Assembly: GCA_963713825.1 (NCBI GenBank)
Contig: CAVQNG010000025.1
Location: 608,001-672,000, forward strand
Direction of reading: 5' to 3'
DNA length: 64,000 nt
Source: an uncultured Acidobacteriota bacterium
GTDB taxonomy: Bacteria; Acidobacteriota; Thermoanaerobaculia; Multivoradales; JAHEKO01
Shown here: positions 18,311 through 27,925 of the stretch, piece after piece
Numbering within the stretch: the stretch's first letter is position 1
How the letters are laid out: the number at the start of each line of letters is the position of its first letter
Program-made: the position numbers and the translations under genes
The notes under the pieces: generated by a model
Database searches by the model: none
What the model saw: only the letters and a program-made list of their open reading frames with translations
What the model was told of the DNA's origin: nothing

Positions 18311-19084
18311 TTGAGCTTACGAGTTAAAGCTGCCGGACTGTCAGATGTGGGGCGGACACGCTCTCACAACGAGGATAGCTTCAATATCGACGTGGAGCAC
18401 GGCTTCTTTCTGGTCGCCGATGGCATGGGCGGTCACGGCAATGGCGAGGTGGCTTCGAGCCTGACGATCGAAGCGGCGTCGGACTTCCTTCGGCACGCCG
18501 AGGGCAGCGTGTCCGGTGAAGGCGACGAGGCCGGTACGGGGGATTCGGTCTCGCGAACCCTTCGTTTGGCGATCGAGGCGGGCCACGACAAGGTGGTCGG
18601 AGCCGTTGCCGAAGATGAAGCCCTGACAGGTATGGGGACGACGGTCGTAGGACTGAAGCTCGGACCAGAGCTTGTGTCCGTAGCCCATGTCGGTGACAGT
18701 CGGGCCTATCTGTTACGGAACGCCGGAATGCAGCTGGTCACGGAAGACCATACGTGGGTCAACGAGCAGGTCAAGGCTGGCTATCTATCACCGGATCAAG
18801 CCCGAACCCACCCTCTCAAGAGTGTCGTTACTCGGGCCATCGGCGGCGAGCACGACGTCGACGTGGAAGTCCAGGAGGTCGACGTCGAGTCGGGTGATTG
18901 CATCCTGCTCTGTTCGGACGGATTGACGACGATGCTGACGGACGAGGAGATCCGCTCTCACCTCGTGGCAGAGACGGATCTCGAGGATCGATGCGCCGCC
19001 ATGGTTCAGCACGCCAATGCCCGCGGCGGCGTCGACAACATCACCGTGATCCTGCTCGAGTTCGAAACCGACTCCAACTCCTGA
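18311..19084 (+). CDS. PP2C-family Ser/Thr protein phosphatase (Stp1/PrpC-like)
   Basis: GRTRSHNED, VADGMGGH, GMGTT, HVGDSRAY, LLCSDGL, GGVDNIT. Confidence 0.95.
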   Translation: MSLRVKAAGLSDVGRTRSHNEDSFNIDVEHGFFLVADGMGGHGNGEVASSLTIEAASDFLRHAEGSVSGEGDEAGTGDSVSRTLRLAIEAGHDKVVGAVAEDEALTGMGTTVVGLKLGPELVSVAHVGDSRAYLLRNAGMQLVTEDHTWVNEQVKAGYLSPDQARTHPLKSVVTRAIGGEHDVDVEVQEVDVESGDCILLCSDGLTTMLTDEEIRSHLVAETDLEDRCAAMVQHANARGGVDNITVILLEFETDSNS

Positions 19085-19102
19085 GTGCAGCGAGAGACGG
19101 TT

Positions 19103-20203
19103 TTACTCTCCGTACAGGTACCCGTTCCTACCCCGGACCCTGAATTCTGGATTGCGGGTCGTGACCTCGACCGCTTGATACCCCTTTTGACCCCTCTCGT
19201 GCTCGGCGCTGTAGCTCAATAGGTAATAGCCGTTGTTGTCCTCGACCACCTTGATGAGTGGTGTCTGGAAATTGACGAAATTGAAATAGAACGTGCCGTC
19301 GGTGTCGGAAGACAGGAGGCTGAGAACGTTTTCCACCTGATCCTGACCGGGGCTCTGCACGCCGAGGTTCTTGAACCAGGAGATGGAATAGACGGCGACG
19401 TTGTTGTCATTCAGCGCTTGCATCATCGGGGGGTAGTAGCGGGGGTCGGGATAGAAAGTCCCGAAGTCGTTCTGGTCTCCGAATCCGAAGCTGAACAGCA
19501 GCATGTTCTTGCGGCCCATGATGTGGCCCGCGGCCTCGGCGGTCAGGGACAAGCCGCTGTAGACGCGGCGAGTCTGTCTCCGGAGCTCCTTGCCCTGCGG
19601 TAGGTTCTGGCGCAGGGAGGGTCCCTCATGCATCGCGGTCCTTGATGGCCAGGTGCTTTCCGGGTCCTTCATCTTGGCGACGCTCTCCAACGCGTCGACG
19701 AGCTCCTGACGATCGAGGGTGAAGTCCTGGTGGATCTTCAGCTTGACGTCATAGCTCAGGACGGCCACGTAGTCGTAGGCCAGAGTCTCTTCTTCGACCC
19801 AGACCTTCGCCCACCGCAGCGCGTCGAGGACATTGCTGGTGATCGAAGGGTCTTCGAAGCGCTGATCGTGAAAGAAGAGGATGAAGAAGCGATCCGACGG
19901 TACCTCGTCCGGTTGAACCCCGAGACGCTCTGCAACTTGCGCCGACTCGACGAATCGGCGGTTGCTGTAGAAGGTGGCCGAGGTCACTTCGACCTCTTCG
20001 CCGCCGTCTTTGACGATGAAATCCTCGGGCTGCAAGCCGACGATGACGTTGCCGGACGAATCAGAGACCAGCACATCGAGGAGGACTTCGGTTACATCGA
20101 TCTGTCCGCGGAACTCGGACTGGGGCTCATCCTGGGCCGACGAGCTCAGCGGCATCACGAGGGTGAGAATCAGGGCAGTTGTCAGGCAGGCTATTGGTCT
20201 CAT
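19103..20203 (-). CDS. Secreted VWA-related protein (Acidobacteria-expanded type)
   Basis: Signal peptide; EVLLDVLVSD..IVGLQPEDFIVKDGG; QDFT; GRKNMLLFS; YYLLSY..VRGRNGY. Confidence 0.78.
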   Translation of the reverse strand: MRPIACLTTALILTLVMPLSSSAQDEPQSEFRGQIDVTEVLLDVLVSDSSGNVIVGLQPEDFIVKDGGEEVEVTSATFYSNRRFVESAQVAERLGVQPDEVPSDRFFILFFHDQRFEDPSITSNVLDALRWAKVWVEEETLAYDYVAVLSYDVKLKIHQDFTLDRQELVDALESVAKMKDPESTWPSRTAMHEGPSLRQNLPQGKELRRQTRRVYSGLSLTAEAAGHIMGRKNMLLFSFGFGDQNDFGTFYPDPRYYPPMMQALNDNNVAVYSISWFKNLGVQSPGQDQVENVLSLLSSDTDGTFYFNFVNFQTPLIKVVEDNNGYYLLSYSAEHERGQKGYQAVEVTTRNPEFRVRGRNGYLYGE

Positions 20204-20470
20204 GTCGAGGGACTCCTTACTTGGTAATTCCCGGGGCACTCTAACGCCAAAGTCCTTTTCGGTTTGAGTCGAAACGATCCAGTCTCTATCTCAGTGCAAA
20301 TAGCGGGCCAGTCGTGTTTCTCGGGTTCGCGACTGGCGAGTCTGCCTTTTCCCGGCCGATCGTAGGCGAGAGAGTCTCAGCTGTGCACGCGGCATTGTCT
20401 ACCGGGAGACCCGGTGGGTGACATCTGTTGTGGACACTTCGAGACCAGGTGGCAGCCTGGCAAGCTCCCG

Positions 20471-22603
20471 CTAGCCGAACGTGGCGTAGATTCCCGCACC
20501 TTCGGAAGCCTCGAGAAGAGCCGTCGAAGGTCGGAACCGTTGGCCATGCTCTTCCTCCAATCGCCGCAGGACTTGGACCAGGTGCTCGATTCCTTGGCAG
20601 TCTGCCCACCGGCACAGCCCACCGCGAAACGGCGGCAAGCCGGTTCCCATGATCATGGCGAGATCGAGGTCCGCTGGGCTTCGCACCAGTCCTTCCGCCA
20701 GGCATCGTGCCGCCTCGTTGACCATCGGCAGGACCATCCGATCGACGAGGGGACCCTGAACGGACGGGCTTGTGTTGGGGGGCAAGCCGAGACTCTGGTA
20801 GATCGCTTGGTTCGGCTTCTTTCGCTCTTGCCCGTCGTACAGGTAAAAACCCGCCCCGGTCTTGATCCCGAGCTGATCGGGGCTGACCAGGCGGTCTGCC
20901 CACGTTGGTAGGACCAGGCGCTCGCCGAAGGCCTGCGACAAGATATGCGACACCTTGACGGCCACATCGATGCCGACGGTGTCGATCAGAGCCAACGGCC
21001 CCAAGGGCATCCCCCAGTCTGTCATGGCGCCATCGATGTGCTCGATTCCGTTCCCTTCACCCAGTAGCCACAGCGCTTCGGTCATATAGAAGGTTAGAAG
21101 ACGGTTGACCAGAAACCCCGGGCCGTCCTGTACTACTACGGGGGTCTTACCTAGGCTCCGGCAGAGCGCGAGGATCGTCTGCAGGGTCTGCGGGCTCGTC
21201 TTCGAGCCCTGGATGACCTCGACCAGGGGCATGCGGTGAACGGGGTTGAAGAAGTGCATCCCGACGACCCGCTCGGGGATGGGGGTGTCGCGACCGATCC
21301 GATCGATCGAAAGAGACGACGTGTTGGAGGCCAGGACCGTCTCCGGCCCGACGCGCTCGGCAACCTCGGAGAAGGCCTTTTGCTTGATCTCGAGGTTCTC
21401 GACAATCGCCTCGATGACCAGATCGACGCGCTCGAAGCCGGAGTAATCGAGGCAGGGTAGCAAGAGGTTCATCTTCTCGGCAGCCTCGGGTGGTGTCATT
21501 CGCCGGCGCCCGACCAGTTTCTGAAAGACCTGGTTGGCGTGAGCCATACCGGTGGCCAGGGGTGTCGTTCCCAGGTCTTTGAGGCGAACGGGGATCCCAG
21601 CCTTTTGGGCGAGGATCTGTGCGATGCCACCTCCCATGACGCCAGCCCCCAGTACAGCCGCTTCGGATATCGGATGTTGGTCTGGGCTTGCCGAGTCTGC
21701 CTCGCGCTTGGAAGACTCCATGATCTTGAAAATGTGGATGAGGTTCTTGCAAACCGGCGACACGGCCAGCTCGCCTGTAGCCCTTGCTTCCGCCTGCATT
21801 CCAGCTTCCAAACCGCGACGGACTCCAACTTCGACCACCTCGATGGCTCGTAGCGCAGCAGGATAGTGCCCACCTGTCGCCTTCAGGACTTTCTTCCTTG
21901 CCTGTCCGAAGACAATCTGGCGTCCAACTGGGTTCTTGTCGAGAAGAGTGGTTTTCAGATCAGCGCGTCTCTTGGAAGGTGGTCGACCCGCCATGACTTG
22001 CTCGGCGAAGTGGCGCACCTCCTGCATGAAAGTCGGGTCCGGCAACAGGGCATCGGCCAGTCCGATCCTGAAGGCCTTCCGACCATCGACCGATTTGCCA
22101 CCAACGATGATGTCCAAAGCCGCTGCCAATCCAGTGCGACGAGGCAGGCGGCTGCAGCCGCCCCAGGCTGGGACGATGCCGATTCGAACCTCCGGTAGGC
22201 CGATTCGCACGGTGTCTCGATCGCTGATCAGAATGTAGTCGCCAGCCAAGGAGAGCTCCGTACCGCCACCAACGCAGGTCGCCCGAATTGCGGCTATGGT
22301 GGGAAACGGCAACTCACTCCAGGCTTGGAACAGGCGCTGTCCCACTTTTGCGCCCTCTTCCGCCACCGCGGGATCGGTGACGTCGGCGATCTCGTCGATG
22401 TCGGCGCCGGCCACGAAGTTGCCGTCCTTGCCTGACACCAGAACCAGGCAGCGAATGTCCCGGCGGTTGGACAGGCTCTCGATGAGCGTCTCGAGCTCGC
22501 CGAGAGCCGTCCGCGTGAAGACGTTGACTCTCTTGTCCGGCAGGTCGAAGACCAGGGTCGCTAGACCGCTGCTCGATACCTCGAGATCAAAGGCTGAAGA
22601 CAT
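20471..22603 (-). CDS. fadJ: Fatty-acid oxidation complex alpha subunit (enoyl-CoA hydratase / 3-hydroxyacyl-CoA dehydrogenase)
   Basis: FVAGADI, CVGGGTEL, GLPEV; GAGVMGGGIA, IEAIVENL, ASNTSSL, GMHFFNPV, GFLVNR. Confidence 0.92.
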   Translation of the reverse strand: MSSAFDLEVSSSGLATLVFDLPDKRVNVFTRTALGELETLIESLSNRRDIRCLVLVSGKDGNFVAGADIDEIADVTDPAVAEEGAKVGQRLFQAWSELPFPTIAAIRATCVGGGTELSLAGDYILISDRDTVRIGLPEVRIGIVPAWGGCSRLPRRTGLAAALDIIVGGKSVDGRKAFRIGLADALLPDPTFMQEVRHFAEQVMAGRPPSKRRADLKTTLLDKNPVGRQIVFGQARKKVLKATGGHYPAALRAIEVVEVGVRRGLEAGMQAEARATGELAVSPVCKNLIHIFKIMESSKREADSASPDQHPISEAAVLGAGVMGGGIAQILAQKAGIPVRLKDLGTTPLATGMAHANQVFQKLVGRRRMTPPEAAEKMNLLLPCLDYSGFERVDLVIEAIVENLEIKQKAFSEVAERVGPETVLASNTSSLSIDRIGRDTPIPERVVGMHFFNPVHRMPLVEVIQGSKTSPQTLQTILALCRSLGKTPVVVQDGPGFLVNRLLTFYMTEALWLLGEGNGIEHIDGAMTDWGMPLGPLALIDTVGIDVAVKVSHILSQAFGERLVLPTWADRLVSPDQLGIKTGAGFYLYDGQERKKPNQAIYQSLGLPPNTSPSVQGPLVDRMVLPMVNEAARCLAEGLVRSPADLDLAMIMGTGLPPFRGGLCRWADCQGIEHLVQVLRRLEEEHGQRFRPSTALLEASEGAGIYATFG

Positions 22604-22633
22604 ACTCGGAAGCTCTCGATCCAGACGGCCTGG

Positions 22634-24418
22634 CTAGGCGGGCGCATCGCCCTGGTAGAGCTGATCGATGACGCCCGAGTACTTCTCGTTGATTACCCGC
22701 CGCTTGATCTTCTGCGTCGGGGTCAGCTCGCCGGTCTCGATGGTGAAATCGGCAGGCAGCACCTCCCAGATCCGGATCTGTTCGTACCGCGCCAGGCCTT
22801 CGTTGACAACTCGGATCTCTTCGGTGAAGAGAGTCTGGACCTGCTCAGAGCCGAGCAGTGCCGACATCTCGGTGACGTCGAGTCCCTGCTGGATAGCCCA
22901 CGCTTGGAGAGTCTCGAAGTCGGGTACCAGCAGCGCCGCCAGGAGCTTGCGCCGATCGCCAATGACTACGGCCTGACCGATGAAACGACTTCCTTTGAGG
23001 GCATTCTCGATCGGCGCCGGGGCCACATTCTTGCCGTAGGCGTTGACGATGATCTCCTTCTTGCGGTCGGTGATCTTCAAGAACCCATCGCTGTCGATTT
23101 CACCGATGTCACCGGTATGGAACCAACCTTCGGGGTCGATGGCTTCAGCCGTCTGCTCGGGCAGGTTGTGATAGCCCACCATGATCTGTGGACCCCGGGC
23201 GAGGATCTCGCCGTCTTTGGCGATGCGCAGCTCGGTCTCGGGGATTGCCGGTCCGACGCTGCCGAGACGGACTCGGCCTGTGGCATTGACCGTCAAGACG
23301 GGGGAGGTCTCGGAAAGCCCATAGCCCTCGAAGATCTGGATGCCGGCGCCCCAGAAGAACTCGGCGAGGTCACGCGACAATGGTGCCCCACCCGACATGG
23401 CGAACTGGAAGTTGGTTCCCAGGCGTGCCTTGATCTTGCCGAAGACCAACTTGTCCGCCAGGGCCAGCTTGAGGCCGAGCAGCCCCGATGTCTTCTTCTC
23501 CTGCAGCCGATCAGGCAGTGCCTGGCGCGCGACCTCCACGGCCCAGCGAAAGATCTTCTGTTTCAAAGGAGAGCTGGAGGCCACGTTCTCCTGCACCTTG
23601 GCCAAGATCTTTTCGTAGACGCGAGGCACGGACACGAAGACGTGTGGGTTGACCTCTTGGAAGTTCTGGGCCACGGCCTGTACTGATTCGGCATAGGCGA
23701 TGCTGACGCCTTTGTAGAAGTAGATGTAGTCGACCATTCGTTCGAAGGAGTGAGACAGCGGTAGGAACGAAAGCGCCGTCCAGCCGTTCTCGATATCCAT
23801 CATTTGTAGCGCATTGACAACGTTGGAGGCGATATTGCGGTGCGTCAGCACAACGCCCTTGGGGTTGCCGGTAGTGCCACTGGTATAGATGAAAGTCGCA
23901 ACGTCATCGGGCTCTGCCTCGCGAGCGGTGGTTTCGAGCTCTTCGCGGGTCAGTGGGTCGGTGCCGGCCAGGAGTTGCTCGAGCGTCGGCACTCCGGCGG
24001 TCTCACCTTTGCCGATGAGCACGAATCGGGTGACGTTCGGCATTTCGTGTCGCCGGCTCAAGAGTCCCTGCAGGCGTTGGGTGCCCTCGACGAAAACGAT
24101 GTTGGCGCCGCAATCGTTGACGATGTAGGCGGCCTGATCCGGGGTCAAGGTCGGATAGATCGGCACCAGAACCGCCCCAGAGCAGAGCGTGGCGAAATCG
24201 ACAGTCGGCCAGTGCGGGCCGTTCTCCGCCATCAGTGCGATGCGGTCGCCCTTCTGGACCCCGAACTCCCGCAGCGCCCCGACCAATCGCTGTACCCGGT
24301 CCACCAGCTCGGTGGTTGGAATCGGCTGGAATTGGCCTGCGGTTTTGTACTGCAGACAGTTGGGCATCTGATAGCTCGCTGCCTGCAGGAAAAGCTCGTT
24401 GAGCGTTTGAATCGACAT
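22634..24418 (-). CDS. fadD: Long-chain-fatty-acid--CoA ligase
   Basis: YTSGTTGNPKG, LPLSHSFER, EGYGLSETSP, FHTGDIG, TDRKKE, ELTPTQKIKR. Confidence 0.92.
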   Translation of the reverse strand: MSIQTLNELFLQAASYQMPNCLQYKTAGQFQPIPTTELVDRVQRLVGALREFGVQKGDRIALMAENGPHWPTVDFATLCSGAVLVPIYPTLTPDQAAYIVNDCGANIVFVEGTQRLQGLLSRRHEMPNVTRFVLIGKGETAGVPTLEQLLAGTDPLTREELETTAREAEPDDVATFIYTSGTTGNPKGVVLTHRNIASNVVNALQMMDIENGWTALSFLPLSHSFERMVDYIYFYKGVSIAYAESVQAVAQNFQEVNPHVFVSVPRVYEKILAKVQENVASSSPLKQKIFRWAVEVARQALPDRLQEKKTSGLLGLKLALADKLVFGKIKARLGTNFQFAMSGGAPLSRDLAEFFWGAGIQIFEGYGLSETSPVLTVNATGRVRLGSVGPAIPETELRIAKDGEILARGPQIMVGYHNLPEQTAEAIDPEGWFHTGDIGEIDSDGFLKITDRKKEIIVNAYGKNVAPAPIENALKGSRFIGQAVVIGDRRKLLAALLVPDFETLQAWAIQQGLDVTEMSALLGSEQVQTLFTEEIRVVNEGLARYEQIRIWEVLPADFTIETGELTPTQKIKRRVINEKYSGVIDQLYQGDAPA

Positions 24419-24610
24419 CCCATCCCCCCTTCTACGGGTTGGCCTTTGACTGTAGGAAAAGTCTACCTCATGCTGAATCCCTTGGTGCGGAAAGTCGGAT
24501 ACCGCGGATCGTTCTTGACCATGCCTGGCGCCGGCGGTATTCTTTCGCGTCTCTCCCGCGCTCTTCGCCTGGCATAGACCAGAGGCGATCGAGTTCGGTG
24601 TGGTTCCTTT

Positions 24611-24687
24611 CGGGGCGTAGCTCAGCCTGGTAGAGCGCACGGTTCGGGACCGTGAGGCCGGAGGTTCAAATCCTCTCGCCCCGACCA
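24611..24687 (+). tRNA. tRNA-Pro (anticodon CGG)
   Basis: Acceptor stem CGGGGCG/CGCCCCG; D-arm GCTC..GAGC; anticodon arm CACGG-TTCGGGA-CCGTG (CGG at 24645-24647); T-arm GGAGG-TTCAAAT-CCTCT; encoded CCA. Confidence 0.97.
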
Positions 24688-24717
24688 GTCTTTCAATCCC
24701 GACAAGAAGAGGAAGGC

Positions 24718-24924
24718 ATGGCCTCGCAGCGGTTCAATCCGTATGCTCCAGCGGAGACCGACCTTCCGGAGCTCTCCCTCAGGGCGATAGTCCTCGGAAT
24801 CCCCATCGTTGTAGAGCCAGGTGGGATGGGACCAGGCACCGGCTTGCGGCTCACGCCCGCATCTCCTATCCTGGGGTCGCCTTTTGACGGTGGAACGCGC
24901 ATAGCGCTGAGGAGGTTGATGTGA
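24718..24924 (+). pseudogene. Probable N-terminal remnant of an OPT-family oligopeptide transporter
   Basis: RBS GAGGAAGG plus ATG. MASQRFNPYAPAETDLPELSLRAIVLGI resembles the OPT N-terminus (F.PY.P....PE.T.RA..LG); similarity is then lost and the ORF stops at 68 aa. Confidence 0.5.
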
Positions 24925-26396
24925 TCTACGTCTGGTCGATCGCCATTTACTTGCTGTTTCTGGTCGGGGTCAGTGTTCACAAGAGCCGCAAGGTCAAGAC
25001 GCAGGACGACTTCATGGTGGCTGGCAGGGGTGTGACCTCCATGTTCCTCGTCGGCACGCTGGTCTGCACCTGGATCGGCTCCGGGAGTCTCTTTGGTGGC
25101 GCCGGACGGGCCTTTCGTCAAGGCTTTTCGGCTCTCTGGATGAGCGCTGGAGCCTGGCTCGGCCTGGCGATCGTCTACTACCTGGCTCCTCGGGTCCGCA
25201 AGATCGCCCAGTACACAGTGCCTGACATCCTGGAGACGCGATACAACGCCGCGTCTCGCGTGCTCGGGACCATCGCGATCGTAATCGCCTACCTCACCAT
25301 CGCCGGTTATCAGTTCATCGGTGGCGGCAGGCTGTTGGAGATCGTCACCGAAGGAGCCATCAGCGCCGACACGGGCAAGATCGTCGTCTGCGTGCTGGTC
25401 GTCCTCTACACGGTCATGGCCGGCATGTCGTCGATCGTTGCGCTGGACGTGTTCAACGGCATTCTCATCACATTGGGAGTGATTATCGCCGCGCCGCTGG
25501 CGCTCAAAGGGGCCGGTGGCTGGGAAGGACTGACGACGACCCTGCCGGAGACCCACTTTACGGTTTTCGGAGCGCCCGGCATCGCTGCGGCGCTCGGGTT
25601 GTTCCTGCCGACGTTTTTCCTCTTGTTGGGTGAGAGCAGCATCTACCAGAAATTCATGTCAGCCAAAGATGGCAAGTCGGCACGCCGGGCCGTGATCGGC
25701 ATGATCGTCGGAGTCATCATCATCGAAACCGTACTGAATGCGACGGCGATCTTCGGTGCCGGTCAGTACTGGACGGACGCCGCATTCCGCACTGCTGACG
25801 GAGCGCTGAACCGGGCCACGACGGAGACGATTCTGCTGCAACTGGCGTTCGAAAAGCTGCCGCTGATGGCAGGCATTCTGCTTCTGATCGGCGGCTCGGC
25901 AATCGTCTTCTCGACGGCCAATACCTTCCTCATGGTGCCGTCCACGAACCTGACCCGGGACATTTTTCAACGGTTCATTCGGCCCGATGCGAGCGACAAG
26001 ACCATCATCTGGTTCCAGCGGTTGATGATCGTGCTCCTGGCAGGCGTGACCCTGCTGGTGACGACGCAATTCGAGAACATCCTGGATATGGCGCTCTATG
26101 CCTACACGATGGTCGGTGCCGCCGTGACACCGGCCTTGCTGGCAGCCTTTTTGTGGCGGCGGGTGACTCCCCTGGGCGGCATGGTCTCCATCGCCGCCGG
26201 GATGCTTGGGACCATCGTATTCGCCGGCCTGGCGCGCGCTGGTATGGAGAGTCTGCCGCTCGGATTCATGAACTTGCCGTTGGACTACGACTACATCATC
26301 TATCCGGCGGGCTTCCTGTCGTTCGCATCGTTGATCATTGTCAGCTTTCTGACGCCACAGTCTCCCCCGGAGAAGTGGCAGCCGTTCTGGGAATAG
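24921..26396 (+). CDS. Sodium:solute symporter (SSS/PutP family)
   Basis: DDFMVAGR, TWIGSGSLFGG, TVPDILETRY, YTVMAGMSS; about 13 TM segments; AGGAGG RBS. Confidence 0.92.
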   Translation: MIYVWSIAIYLLFLVGVSVHKSRKVKTQDDFMVAGRGVTSMFLVGTLVCTWIGSGSLFGGAGRAFRQGFSALWMSAGAWLGLAIVYYLAPRVRKIAQYTVPDILETRYNAASRVLGTIAIVIAYLTIAGYQFIGGGRLLEIVTEGAISADTGKIVVCVLVVLYTVMAGMSSIVALDVFNGILITLGVIIAAPLALKGAGGWEGLTTTLPETHFTVFGAPGIAAALGLFLPTFFLLLGESSIYQKFMSAKDGKSARRAVIGMIVGVIIIETVLNATAIFGAGQYWTDAAFRTADGALNRATTETILLQLAFEKLPLMAGILLLIGGSAIVFSTANTFLMVPSTNLTRDIFQRFIRPDASDKTIIWFQRLMIVLLAGVTLLVTTQFENILDMALYAYTMVGAAVTPALLAAFLWRRVTPLGGMVSIAAGMLGTIVFAGLARAGMESLPLGFMNLPLDYDYIIYPAGFLSFASLIIVSFLTPQSPPEKWQPFWE

Positions 26397-26544
26397 CTCC
26401 GCCGCCGAGCTCACGGCAGCGAGGTGGTGGATACTCGTCTGAGATCGGAGCGGATCGGTCGCGCAGTTTCCCTTCAGCTGCACTGTTGAAGATGGAAGGA
26501 GAGCGATTCAAGCCGGGATTTCGAAGGTTCAGGAGGTTGCTGTC

Positions 26545-27345
26545 ATGGAGTCGGTCCGAAGAAGTGCAGTCGCCGGTCTCTTCTATCCGAGCTCACCTCG
26601 CGAGCTCCAGTCGATGGTCGAGGAGTACCTGGAGAAGGCGCCGGGAGGAGGGCACACGGAGACGGGTCCCAAAGCGGTCATCGTGCCGCATGCCGGCTTT
26701 GTCTATTCCGGCCCGATAGCGGGCTCAGCCTTGTCGCTATTGCGCCGAGAATCCGACCAGATTCGACGAATTGTGCTCCTGGGTCCGGCCCATCGGGTGC
26801 CGGTACGTGGTCTCGCCTTGCCCGGTGTCGATGGTTTCGAGACGCCTCTGGGTGTCGTGCCGGTCGATGCCGAGCTGGTCGATCAGGTGGTTGGCTTGCC
26901 GCAGGTCGGGATCAGTCGAGAGGCTCACGCGCCGGAGCACTGCCTGGAAGTGGAGCTGCCATTCCTGCAGGTGCTACTCGGCTCGTTCAGCGTTCTGCCC
27001 CTGTTGGTTGGGGACGCGACGCCGGGTGAAGTGGCTGCAGTGCTGGACTGCGTCTGGGGTGGTGCCGAGACCCGAATCGTCATCAGCTCCGATCTCTCCC
27101 ACTATCTCGAGTATTCACAGGCGCAGGAGGTCGACGCAAGAACGGCCGAGGAAGTCATGGCTCTGCGGTCGCCCATCTCGGTGAATCAGGCCTGTGGGGC
27201 AGGGGCCATCAATGGTCTGCTGGTCGCGGCGGTCGAGCACGGCCTGAAAGCGAGCCTGCTGGACTTGCGAAGCTCGGGAGACACCGCTGGCGACCGATCC
27301 CGGGTCGTGGGATACGGTGCCTTCGCCTTTGCCGAGCCACACTGA
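26545..27345 (+). CDS. amrB: AmmeMemoRadiSam system protein B (MEMO1 family)
   Basis: RRSAVAGLFYP, IVPHAGFVYSG, LGPAH, EHCLEVELPFLQ, ISSDLSHY, ACG, VVGYGA. Confidence 0.92.
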   Translation: MESVRRSAVAGLFYPSSPRELQSMVEEYLEKAPGGGHTETGPKAVIVPHAGFVYSGPIAGSALSLLRRESDQIRRIVLLGPAHRVPVRGLALPGVDGFETPLGVVPVDAELVDQVVGLPQVGISREAHAPEHCLEVELPFLQVLLGSFSVLPLLVGDATPGEVAAVLDCVWGGAETRIVISSDLSHYLEYSQAQEVDARTAEEVMALRSPISVNQACGAGAINGLLVAAVEHGLKASLLDLRSSGDTAGDRSRVVGYGAFAFAEPH

Positions 27346-27358
27346 GGAGGAGGATTCC

Positions 27359-27910
27359 TTGTCTGATGACCGTCGAGGAGAGACCCTCCTCAGGATCGCG
27401 CGACACACCCTGCTCGAGATGTTCGAAGCCCCTGACGAGCCACAAGAGGTGGAGCCTTGGCTCGAGGAGAAGGGCGCCTGTTTCGTGACTCTGCGCCGGG
27501 GTTCCGAGCTGCGAGGGTGTATTGGCACGATCCTGCCTCACCGATCCCTGATCGAGGATCTGCGCGCCAATACCGTGGCCGCCGCGAGGCGCGACCCGCG
27601 ATTTCCCCCGCTTGCCAGAGAAGAGCTCGATCTCACCGTTATCCAGGTGTCGCTGCTGTCGCCGCTGCAGGCGATGCAATTCGATAGCGAGGCGGACCTG
27701 GTGCGGCAATTGAGGCCCAACCTCGATGGCCTGGTTCTGGAGTACGGTCCCCAGCGCGGCACTTTCTTGCCAGCGGTTTGGAAGGATTTGCCGGATCCGC
27801 CGACATTTCTCGCTCACCTGAAGCGAAAATCCGGCCTCGCAGCGGACTTCTGGTCCCCAGAGATCCGCATTCGCCGCTATACGACCGAGAGTTGGACCGA
27901 GGCCAGCTAG
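27359..27910 (+). CDS. amrA: AmmeMemoRadiSam system protein A (AMMECR1 family)
   Basis: GACFVTL, LRGCIG, DPRFPP, GTFLPAVW, FLAHLKRKSG; TTG start after GGAGGAGG. Confidence 0.92.
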   Translation: MSDDRRGETLLRIARHTLLEMFEAPDEPQEVEPWLEEKGACFVTLRRGSELRGCIGTILPHRSLIEDLRANTVAAARRDPRFPPLAREELDLTVIQVSLLSPLQAMQFDSEADLVRQLRPNLDGLVLEYGPQRGTFLPAVWKDLPDPPTFLAHLKRKSGLAADFWSPEIRIRRYTTESWTEAS

Positions 27911-27925
27911 CGGCTCTGGGCGTTC

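Noticed and set aside
24440-24640. N-terminal extension of the fadD ORF to 24640
   Set aside because: It would overlap the tRNA; homology and the purine-rich RBS support ATG 24418.
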